Below are positions 39,984 through 50,735 of a stretch of DNA of 64,000 nucleotides, in pieces. The stretch covers positions 1,453,275 through 1,517,274 of the forward strand of contig MU004234.1 in assembly GCA_010405405.1 (NCBI GenBank). Direction: 5' to 3'. A model generated the notes under the pieces. The model saw nothing but the letters and a program-made list of their open reading frames with translations, was not told the origin of the DNA and made no database searches. How positions within the stretch are numbered: the first letter of the stretch is position 1; each line of letters starts with the position of its first letter. This DNA is from Microthyrium microscopicum (lineage: Eukaryota). The translations under genes and the position numbers were made by a program.

Positions 39984-40862
39984 TTTACACAACTTGTAGT
40001 AGCATTTGCATATAATAAAGCTATCTGGCTCTACTTTGTGTAGCTATTTGTTGCGCAGGGCATCAGTTCGATGCCTATTTTAGGACTTCTGTCCTAGCCA
40101 TTTATACATGGTAGTACCTCACAAAGTATGGCTATGTCAGCCTTCCCAAGCTTGAACTCGGAGTAGTCGTTGCACATGCCCAACTACAACATCTGCCACA
40201 AGTAAAAAGTCGAGGCTGAGCTATTCTCAAATCATGGAGTCATTATTGTGAAGGCAAAATCTTTGATGTAGTCCTGACTCCTCAATCGGAGCAAATCCAG
40301 CAAATGCCATCCCAGCTTTTATAACTCACAAGCGCTAAGGTGGTTTTTAAAGAGAGACCTTCTAGGCATGAACAGGACTAAAGCTGTGTAGCTTTGACCA
40401 TCGCTTAGGCGGGCAAATGACAGAATCGAGTCAATATCAAGCGGTAGGGGAAGTTGTACATAACCAGTGGGTTTGCATCTCGGTCAGTTAGAAGAGGAAT
40501 AGGAGGTGGATCGCAGTGTGAAGGCCGGCCATCTTGATGCTACCAAGGCTACCTCAGACAAAGGAGACAAGCAACTAGACATTAGGCTCGTCTCCAAGGT
40601 GCACATGCTCATGTGCTTGGAATGCAGACCAGGCGTTCGGATCAAACCGGCCCCAAGGCTTATAGGAGACTTGTCTTCAAAGTTCGGCTACATAATGTTT
40701 GATACACAACAGACTCAATCGCTGCGTTAGAGCATATAGTAATCATTTCATAGCTTACATGACATGGCAATTAATAATCCACAAGCTCTTTGCCATCCTT
40801 CCCTCCCGTCACAGAAACAATGGTGTCAAATGCCAACAACCACAGCAGTACAGGGGATGATT

Positions 40863-42207
40863 CTACCACCCTTGGTCTACATGCGGTTGGTTCCATTTCT
40901 TCATCCAGCTTATGGTACCCTCTTGAGGATCCATAACCACTGCGTACTGCGTACACTCGTTTAATACTGGATACGTTTCAAGCCACGTCTGTACATCCTT
41001 CATCCGCGCCTGCCGGGGGTATCCCGTGCTTTGGATTTCCGTACTTTTAAGGTGGCATTCTTCTATGAAGTCTCGCCTATCCAACGATTCATCGAGCAAG
41101 TCTGCCATACCAAGTGGGGCCTCTTTTGCTCTTTCATGCATTAACTTCTGCACCTCCTCTCGCGCCAAGTCCTCTTCATGGTTGAAATCGTGGTTCGTGA
41201 CGGCAGAGAATTGATCGGTTTCTCGGATTGCGCCTGAAACTCGATCTTTCTCTATGATGGCAGTGCGTTTCCCATCGCAGAAGATCAGATAACATGCCGT
41301 CGTCAACATGACCGGCAATATCTTAACAATATCCGCCAGTACCAGCGGTTTCCAATCTTTCTGCGGCATGGGCGGTACAATCAATTGGCGTAAGATAGAT
41401 GCGATGGAAGCTCTAAAGCCCAGCATCACAAGAAATATATGCCAATAATAACGAGCACTTGCAATTCTCGAGTCCGGATCATTACGAAACGCGCGAAAAT
41501 TCAACGACACGCTCAATCCACGTCTACATAAACACAGCATTAGCCGCCACAAACTCATACCACGCCAATCATACATCACGCAAAACCTACCTGACGCCTG
41601 TCAATACACCCACATGGCCAACATACGTCACAGTCGTCGCAACCACCGGTCCACCCTCATACTCCACAAACTCCAAACACACAACGACACGTCTCAACTC
41701 GTCCATATCCCAATCTAGCGTTCGGAAATGCACCATCCGCCCATTATCTCTCGGCCCGTCATTGATGCGCACTCCGCCACTACTACAACCCATCATCGCG
41801 TCCAACAACACGTTGAACGCAACGAGTAGCCACATCGGGACACCACTAATATCACTCATCCCTCTCAACTCCTCCGTCTGCTCCACATCATGTAGACGGT
41901 GGAGAAAGACGCGTGCGAGAGCCTTGACGGCACGTGGGGGAAGGCTAGTACGCGCAATAAGAGCATCGAAGAGCGGTGGGAGTGTAGCGACTTCGTGGCG
42001 GTAAGTGTTCGCAAGGGCGCAGTAGCGCTGCCGAGGAGGGAGAGAGAGGTTTATGGTATGGATTGGGATATTGTGCTTTGATGGTTTACGCGTTTTGCGG
42101 GAAGTCGGTTTGGAGGGTTTGGCTTTGGGCGGAGGAGGTGGTGGCGAGGGATGGTAGGGAGGGAGGGGGAGAATAGGCTGGGTTTTGGAGCGTGTTGATA
42201 CTGGCAT
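40863..42207 (-). CDS. N-acylethanolamine acid amidase / acid ceramidase-like Ntn hydrolase
   Basis: INLSLPPRQRY; nucleophile site MMG|CSSGG; HFRTLDW; GVLTGVR|RGLSVSLNFR across intron 41524-41590; VTNHD. Confidence 0.85.
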
Positions 42208-42719
42208 TTCGAAAGAATGGGGATCAAGGGAGTGGCGGGTGTTGTTCAATACTAGTATGTATGCTTTGAGGGAGTCATCGTGGAGGTTGTAGAGCAGATG
42301 GGGGCCTAGAGATCAAACGCGTTGTGGTCAGGATTGAGGTGAGTTGCGCGTGTATGAGGTCATTGGCTTTGAGTAGAGGCTTGCTGAACGTTTAGCTGAT
42401 GAGACTTTTTGACAGCTGCGCATGACTGGATGAAGCTGGCGTAGCGATGCACGTTGAGGATTAACTTTCATCTGAAGCACGGAATAGGGTCAGGAATCCA
42501 TCGGAGTTGATTCCGGCGAGTCAAGGATTGACAAATCACCATATGAAACTTCATTTAATCATTTTTCCATTCGTATGGAAGTCATTGTCTATTAAACAGA
42601 GTTTAGTATCTCATGCTACAGCTTCGTGTTAGTTTTTGCATGCTTAGCCTACTACAAGATCGGCATCGCGAGCTCATGCTACCCATCGCCATGTTTGATG
42701 ATGTAGGTGATATCGTAAA

Positions 42720-44039
42720 TTATCGAGGACCTAGTTTTTCTAGAGCTTTCGCAGCTCCGAGTTCCTCAAATTCTTCCTTCGTTACCCACATGTTGTGTCT
42801 CTCTGCCATCTGTTGATCGTTAGTACCAGATCGCTGATGTTTCGGCAAGTTAAACTCACAATATTGGCCAATACAGCACCACCCAAAAAGACCATATGCC
42901 GTCTTCTTGGAGGATCCTCGATCCTGACCTTGAATTTGTCCAATCGCTCGGGATTACCGTTGAGAACCTTTGACAACCATAATTGCTTCAACTCCTTTTC
43001 TAATCGACTGGGAAGACCGGGGTACATGCTGGAGCCACCGGATAGCACGACAGCTTTATACAAACTGCTTCGAACATCGACATCTGCGGCTTGAATAGTA
43101 TTGAAAAGGAATTCGGCAATACCCGGCTGTTCGACATCGACAAGGTGAGGTTGGAACAGGCATTCCGGTGCCTCGAATCTTTCACTACCCACGCGGATGA
43201 CTCGACCATCAGGAAGAGTATAAGACTCGACAAGGACAGTCGTCTCTTCCGATAACCGCTGGTCAAGCTCCAAGTCATAAGAGACATAACAGAGCTTCTC
43301 TTTTATCTGGCGAACAGTCTCGAAATCTGCCGTTCGGTTCAGCGCATAGCCTCTGCGCAAGAGCAACGCAATCAGATTGCGCGTAACATCACGACCGGCA
43401 ACATCCAATCGCCGCGTCAGATGATTCAGTACTGTGCTTTCGTACACCGGTACAATATGCGTGACACCATCTCCCGAGTCAACCACAACTCCACTGCTCA
43501 GCCCTTGCGCGTACAGCGCCAGCACTGCTTGGATGGCCACATATACACCGCCAAAGCCGTATCGTTCGAACATGACCTCGCACATTTGTTCGCGGTTCTT
43601 GAGTGGATTCATTGGTGGTTCGGTGAGTAGGATTTTGCGGCCTTGCGTGTCAAGCTTCATCTTTTCGTGGAAGGTATAGTCCCAAAGTAATTGCATGTCG
43701 TCCCACCGTTTGATGATGCCGTTTTCCATTGGGTAGGTAATTTGTAGCATGGATCGGGCTGCTGAGGCTTCATCGCCGCACATGATGTCTTTTACGATTA
43801 TGTCGCCTGCGCGCTCTTCGGAACGGAGGATGGGTCGGCCGACGATTGAGGGGTATTGGAAGTCGGGGAAGTTCTAGTCAAGTATAAGCTCATGGCGCTT
43901 CGCATGGAACGAACTGCCATACCTGGCCGGCATATCCGGCTTTGAGAAAACCGGTGCCGCCATCGAGCACTGGAAGATTTTAGCTGCCTGAAGATGAGAG
44001 CTCTCACGATCAATGTTTACCAACGGGAACTTCAGCCAT
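42720..44039 (-). CDS. ARP2: Actin-related protein 2
   Basis: [57 protein letters not shown]-terminus LEKLGPR; three short introns. Confidence 0.97.
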
Positions 44040-44457
44040 GATCACAATGGTGGCTGGAGGACAAAGAGGTGTGAGGTGTTGATGATTGTGGCCAGGGCCC
44101 TGGGATTTGAAAGGGGATCGTGCGAGTTAAAGGTCAATATCATCAACAACAGAGTATAGCAAGGCCCTTGACCAAGCAATGCTGTAGGGAGATGGTGTTG
44201 AAGCTTAGTGGGGCTGCAGTACGTTACGTATATTTGATGTGTCAGCTAGTGGAATAGAATACTCCAATGATCAACATGTTAGATTACCACTTATGATTAG
44301 AGTTGCATGCATTTCATCCAATAAGAAGCAGAACAAATAGAAATCGATCCCCTTCTGAACCAACATTTGAATGGTATGCCTTCTCAAGGCTACAAGGCTA
44401 CACACTACTGTACCGTATTGAACAAGTAGTTGATACCTAGAACAATGCTCTTCACTA

Positions 44458-45075
44458 CCGTAGCGCGCGACGGGGAGTAATAGAAATCGACTAGTGATTA
44501 TACAGTTATAGATTTTTGGCAAAAAATGTAGGTTTTCCATAGTGGTGCATCGTGCGCACTCTTTTGAAAAATCATTTTCTAACAAGAAAAGCATTTTCTC
44601 ATAGAACTATTTTTTGGCTATGTTTTAGCCATTTTTTGATAGTATATTAAAGCAAAAAAATTGGCAGTACTTACTTAATTAAGGTTTAAGTAAAGGGGAG
44701 AGGAAATACTTAAAGAATTAAAATTATATATTACAATTTGAACTACAAAAGAGGCTAGATCGATACGCTAAAGCTTAGTCAGGCGAAGCATAATTATGGC
44801 TTAGATTTACTAGGATATTCACAATTACTAAATCGAAATTGCGGGGCAAATGTATATAGCTAAGCAACTTTGAGGCCTCTCTTTTTATAGCCTTCGTTCC
44901 TTCTAACATGCTATCGTACCTTCTTCATCTTCAGTCGTAAGTGCTTTTATTTACAAAACATAAGATCTACTTAAGACATCATCCTCTAGAGAAGAATAGA
45001 CTTCTAAAAAGACTTCAAAAGATCATGTAGTTTCATCAAAATATCAAGTCCTTTACTCCCCCCTCCACGCTACGG
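44458..45075. mobile_element. MITE-like non-autonomous element (~618 bp), Tc1/mariner-type ends
   Basis: 23-bp imperfect TIRs CCGTAGCG...GGGGAGTAA (18/23 identical by eye); TA on both sides (44456-44457, 45076-45077); AT/TpA-rich non-coding interior. Confidence 0.7.
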
Positions 45076-46817
45076 TATGTGAGAGATGATTCATGGTAAG
45101 ATATGAATCAAGCTGGGGATATGATTTAGAGTACTAGTACGTTCAAGGATTCTCGCGTTTTGGTGGTCGGTCAATGGACACAATAAACGCGCTGCCCCTA
45201 TCAGCTTTTGCGACTCCTATCTATTTTGATACCTATGATATTGACTACTTGACTTCCCGTCGAAAGCCTAGAAGAAGTTGTAAATTATCGAATACGATGG
45301 ATATCAGAGAGTATGCTCTATATAAGGTGCGGAACACAACCTGCGGAGGTGATGACATTCGTGATGACATTTCCGACTAATGTGTAAGCAGCCTTTCTTT
45401 CGAGCTGCGACATGACGGTTTCATTTGACCGATTGCAATTCTGCTTTGACCACTTGTCAAATGAACCATCGCAGTAACAGATAGGTATACGGAGTAAGGT
45501 GGTGGTGATGGCGATGAGCCAGGAATATCTAGCGTTGTCTGTTGTTTGATTAAGTGACACAGCTACACTGTTGGGTCGCGGGGTGGGCAATGGAGGCTCA
45601 AGGAGTGCGAGTATAGAGAGATGGATATTCAGCTGGGGGATGACTTTTGTCGCGATGATTGGGGAATGGAAGGTATGCTATTTAGGTAGGACTAGATATG
45701 AGACATGAGCGATGGCCGAGTACCTGAAGCTGATCTGTTTGTTGCTGCAGATGATTGTTAGGGATTGGGACGCTGCAGAGGCAGCGATGTTAGTGAGGCA
45801 ATGGGGTGATGGAAAAAGTGCTTTTTTGGTAGGAGGTAGGGGGCGCTCTGAGATGGATTAGGGAGCGGCTCGCTATTGTTGACTGACAAACGTCCCCTGA
45901 AAAGCACGCTGGTTCGCCCCAACTGGAAGGGAGAAAACGGTATATTGCGTTAGTCAAGATCAGGATCCGCCGTTCCATTATTGAGAATTTGAGGGTACTC
46001 TACTTCAGTCGTCCGCGCGCTTGCGGGAGCGACGGCATAGCATGTAGGGTTCGCTAAGAATAATAGGGGAATTCTTGAAACCTTGGAAATGGTTGGCGAT
46101 CGCACCCATCGACCCGCCGCCTCCAGGCGCCACCCGCACCGGTTCTCGCCATTTTGGGTAAGCGCACGTGGCAATGCATACAGGGCAACGGTCGCGTGGG
46201 GAATTCCTGGAGACGACATGTCTTGGCTCCAACCTCATATCAAGACTTAAAGTTACATATATTTTGCTTTCCAAGCTTTTTTCTGATGGAATTTGCTGGT
46301 GGTACTCATGCAAATGCATGCCGCTAAATTAGTGGGTATAACGAGGGTCAGAACAGTGGTGTGTGCCCACTAAGACCGGCGCAGCGCATCCGTGCCCAAT
46401 CTTCGCTGTTGAGCCAGCCCATTATGTTTTGCAACAGTTACAAATCAACACACTTGAGATCGGAGACAAGGGGATCCCAGATAGTGGTTTGTATAAGTTT
46501 ATACTTGAAAAGTTTTTAATCCCACTAAACCATTCCAGAGCCGCATAATCTTTCAGTGACCTTAATACAACGCTACAATGTACGCGCAATTTTGATGGAG
46601 GTATAACACAACAATTGGCTATGCCAGCTTCAAATATCCTGAGCCCTTTGTCAAATGAGATGTCAAATGAGAAGCAACTTCAAGAACATCTCTGATCTCT
46701 CCGCGCACATTGAGGAAGACGGGTATGATCATTTCAAAACCTTTTCATTTGTTATTTGACAAACTCCATGCTCCATGCCCAAACCTTCTGTGCCAAAAAT
46801 GAAGTGCTTACCTAGAT

Positions 46818-47450
46818 ACAATTGTCCTCCATAGCCATTGGAACCATGTCTTTCTTCTTGCTTACGGTGTAATGGTGCATCCAATCACATAACGTAGGCG
46901 CTCACAAGCTGCAGAGCCTCACTTGATGCCAGTATATCAAGACCATTGAGTCAAAAAAAGCTTGGGACCTACCAAATCTTAGTGCATCACTCCAACTTTT
47001 TCAGCCCTTGATTGGCAACTGTACCATAGTCCATCACATTGCATGCAAAGCACATTACACCTGCGCATTACAATTGTGCTCCATAACTTTCAGGAATAAT
47101 GTTCTCCTCATTGCGGACAGCATAGCAACGTATTTAGTTTGTCGTGCAGGCAATCGTAGGCCTCAATGCAACCTGCTTCCAGAATAACCCGGACCTGCCA
47201 TTGGCATCAACCCAACTTCTACAGCCCTTGATTGGCAAACGCCATCCCATTTCTTGGGACCGATAAACTCTACGGCATCACTTCAACTTCTAATGCCCTC
47301 GATTGGAATATGCCACACGGTCCTTCACATTTTCTTGGGACCGATCAACTCCTGTACGGCATCACTCCCACTTCTACAATTCTTGATTGGCGAATGTATG
47401 ATAGTCCATTGTATTGTATGTGTGCATTGCGCGCTGCACCGCATCACCTT
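46818..47450. repeat. Degenerate direct-repeat array (4 copies of a ~55-65-bp core)
   Basis: GGACC...GCATCACTCCAACTTCTACAGCCCTTGATTGG-like cores at 46961, 47191, 47251 and 47331; TACAATTGT(C/G)CTCCATA duplicated at ~46818 and ~47069. Confidence 0.8.
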
Positions 47451-47469
47451 TTGCCAGTCTGCAGACCTG

Positions 47470-47530
47470 AGGGGTATAAGTTCAAATCTCCCCCCCAGTT
47501 TTTCTCTTTCTCTTTCTTCTTCTTCCCGCC
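47470..47530 (+). promoter_or_regulatory. Putative core promoter (TATA-like GGTATAAG plus CT-rich tract) of the orphan ORF
   Basis: TATAAG followed by a ~40-nt pyrimidine tract, ~390 bp upstream of ATG 47861; typical filamentous-fungal arrangement. Confidence 0.45.
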
Positions 47531-47860
47531 GGAAGGCACAGTATGATGACACCAGGTATTACTTCACCCCCGATTTAATACCTCAAGATTCAGTTGGCGG
47601 CTTGACCAACTGTCTTACACTAAAGCAACGGAATTCTGGTTTTGGTGAGCCAGATTTCGTCGACCACTATCATCCTTCAACTTTTCGGCTTTCGACTTTT
47701 TTTCCCAACTTTTTTTCGAAGTTTTTTTTTCGAAGTTTTTTTTTTTGAAGTTTTTTTTTTCGACTTCCAATCAACCAACCAACCAATCCATCACATCATC
47801 AATCTCCCATCACATCATCAATCTCCCATCGCATCATATCTCTCCCATCTCATCATCAAC

Positions 47861-48466
47861 ATGGGGTGCGGCACCTCGCGGCTTGGCCGCTACTCACCTC
47901 TCGATCTTGATCCACGTGAAGATGTGATCCACTATAACATGGTGGTAAATGGCAAGTCCATTCCACAAATACAACTGACGACTCCTGGCCGCGCCAAATA
48001 CATGGAGCAAGTCAAACCCAAACCCGCGTGGTGGAAGCGCAAACGTCCCGTCGCCAACGAAGTCCACTTTCCTTTTTCGGAAAGTGAAGAACCACATCAC
48101 ACAATCTGGGCATTTGTGACCCCCGGAAACTCCTACCGGACCCAGCGGAGGAGCAGCCGCTCGCGGAGCAACATCCACGACCGCAACTGGCGGTTGATGG
48201 CCGCCGAAGAGGAGAAGGCCGCCCTCGCTGGCCTCAAGTGGGCCGACTACATGAAGGCATCACCACCCACCACCCCCACCACCACACCTCCTCCAACCAT
48301 CACCAAACCTCGCCTCCAACAAGCAACCACCAACGACCTTCCGCCTCCCGTGGCCAGCCTTCCCCCTGGCCTCACCAAAAAGTCCCCACCGCGGAATCGC
48401 CTACCACGCGATCCCACCTTCCGCGGTGGGGCACCTTCCTATCAATGGGATGATGGGGAGGTTTGA
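47861..48466 (+). CDS. Orphan intronless protein (201 aa): N-terminal MGCGTS acylation motif, Pro/Thr-rich C-terminus
   Basis: ATG in good context (CAACATGG); open to TGA at 48466; C-rich composition distinct from the flanks. Confidence 0.65.
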   Translation: MGCGTSRLGRYSPLDLDPREDVIHYNMVVNGKSIPQIQLTTPGRAKYMEQVKPKPAWWKRKRPVANEVHFPFSESEEPHHTIWAFVTPGNSYRTQRRSSRSRSNIHDRNWRLMAAEEEKAALAGLKWADYMKASPPTTPTTTPPPTITKPRLQQATTNDLPPPVASLPPGLTKKSPPRNRLPRDPTFRGGAPSYQWDDGEV

Positions 48467-48621
48467 AGTTTCCGGTTTTGTCTTTTTTTGGGGGGTAGCG
48501 ATGGAGTTTTCAGGCAGTCTTGGTTTCGTTTTTATTCTGTAGTTTCCTTTTTAAGTCCATCACTCTGCGCAGTCATTCGTTTGCACTTGCAGAAATGAAA
48601 GTCATTCATTCATTCATTCAA

Positions 48622-49075
48622 CTCTGATCTCTCCCATCACATGTGATACTTACCATCGTCTTCGATTGAAACTCAAGTCTCATGCCATGATCCAAAATCT
48701 GCTCTTTTCGTGATTTTGACTTCTAGTTCATTACCTCTGATGTCGCCCATCACGCGTGATGGCTTCCATCGTATTCGATGGATGTTCATGACATGAGTCT
48801 AGATTCTGTATTTTTCGCAGTTTCGGGTTCCAGCTATGCAGTACTATCGCCTCTAATGTCGCCCATCACGCGTGATGGTTTCCATCGTACTCGATGGATT
48901 TTTATGACATGAGTCTAGAATCTGCATTTTCGCAGTTTTGGGTTGAAGTCTTGAAATATTACTACCCATGCTAGATCCTGCCATGAAGTGTGATCACCTC
49001 GGATGTCGCCCATTACACTTGGTGAGTACCATCGTATTCGATGGAATTTCATGCCATGGATCTAGAATCTACATT
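48622..49075. repeat. Tandem array of four palindrome-rich units (periods 113, 116, 147 bp)
   Basis: Units start at 48622, 48735, 48851 and 48998. Units 2 and 3 carry the perfect palindrome CCATCACGCGTGATGG and the hairpin TCCATCG-N4-CGATGGA. Confidence 0.9.
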
Positions 49076-49241
49076 ATGAAGCAATCGAACCAAGAAAAGA
49101 TCAGGAAAGTCGTTGTTTGGAAGGCAGTCATTCATGGGAACCATCAAGTTATCTATATACAGTCGTAAATAGTCACCACCTTTTGAAACGCCTCATATCA
49201 TCAACGGTGAGTGGTGTATACCTTAGAAGAATACAAGTAGA

Positions 49242-50735
49242 TCATAAAACAGATTTCGGACTCTCCTGCTCCACAGGAGCGATCCCACCAGTTCCAAACT
49301 TTTCCATATGAATCCGACTGGAATCAACACCCTGGCCCTGAAGAGCCTTCTCCATGGTCAACATGAACATCATTGGTCCACAGACATAATATTCCGCCTT
49401 CTTGTTGCTCAAGAACAACTTCGTCTCCTTGTCGACCAAGTCGAGGTTGATGTGACCTTGAATGTGATTTTCTACACCTTCAACTTCTTCTTTTGCAACA
49501 TTAGCGGTGAACAAGATGACTTGCACATTCTCATGCAACTTTGCGACATCCTCGACATGCTGTTTGAAGGCTCGAGCGGCAGTCGACCGCGCTCCATGGA
49601 CCCAGGAGATTGGACGGGTTGTGTTTTGTGCGGCTGAATGATTCAGCATGGCGGTCAGTGGGGTGAGGCCGACACCGCCGGAAATCAGGACGAGTGGTGC
49701 GTCCAATGCGATCTTCGCTTCGTCTAGGAAGAAGACGCCAACTGGCCTAGAAACCCGGATTATGTCGCCCTCTTTCTTCGTTTCGTGCATCAGTGACGAA
49801 ACAACACCAGGCGCCGAAGCACCATTACCCGTCTCCTTCTTGATGGAAACTCTCAAGTAATCCGGGTTCGAAGAATCGCTCAATGAATACTGTCGTGCCT
49901 GCCTATGTCCCATCTCCGGAACGTCAACCTGTATCGATATGAACTAATGACGCTGTTAGCCCTGCTCAAATCTTTGGAGATTGCGATGACATACCTGACC
50001 AGGCTTAAAGCCCACCAGAGGCTTCAGCCTACTCTCCACCGGCTCCAAATAGAAGCTCGTAATCTCCTCACTCTCCTTTACCTTCTTCACCACCCTAAAA
50101 TCCTGCCAACCCTCCCAGCCCTCACTCTTCTGTTTCTCATAGATACTCGCCTCCAGTCCAATGAAAATTTGCGCCAACTTCCAGTACGCCGCCATCCACG
50201 CCTCTCCCAGTTCAGGCGTCACCGCCTCGCCCAAAACCTCGGCAATCGCTTTGATCAACCATTCACCGACCACCGCATAATAATCTGCTTGGACCCCTAA
50301 GCTCACATGCTTTGAGACAATGAGTTCGACGGTAGGCATAAGTGGTGAAGGGTCGTCAATGTGTTGCGCATATGCTAACACGGCATTGGCGAGAGCGCGC
50401 GGTTGTTGGAAATGTGCTTGGTTGGATGCATTGAAGATGTTGCGGAGTTCAGGGTGAGCGATGAGCATGTTTGTGTAGAAGAGTTTTGTTATAGCGAGGC
50501 CGTGAGATTCGAGGGCGGGGATGGATGCTTTGATGAGTGCTTTCTGGGATTCTGTGAGTGGCGTAGAACGGTATGGTTCTGGGACAGCCAGATTGGGATC
50601 GCTAGGTGTGGCATTCTGGGAGGTATTTGGTTGAGAGAGGTTGGCGTTGGCGAAGGGGCATGTTGGTGCTGCGCCATTGGTAGGTGTCGATGAGGCCCCG
50701 GATACTGGACAGGTATTGTTGGTCTCTGAAGGCAT
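49242..50735 (-). CDS. YHB1: Flavohemoglobin (nitric oxide dioxygenase)
   Basis: Globin domain (FYTNMLIAHPELRNIFN, QPRALA, SKHVSLGV); FAD domain (PGQ|FISI across intron 49944-49994, RQYSLS); NAD domain (GGVGLTP, YVCGP, EKFG). Alternative upstream ATG at 50816. Confidence 0.95.

Noticed and set aside
45170..46550. Several short ORFs on both strands between the MITE and the repeat array
   Set aside because: No motifs and no consistent splice model; treated as intergenic or unrecognisable relic.
47232..47748. ORFs of 104 and 164 aa and the 5' extension of ORF 47642-48466
   Set aside because: Non-ATG starts; they run through repeats and poly-T tracts giving poly-Phe; likely by-products of the repeats.
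48622..49075. CRISPR-like appearance of the palindromic repeat array
   Set aside because: Eukaryotic context, no cas genes, and the sequences between palindromes are homologous to each other rather than unique spacers.
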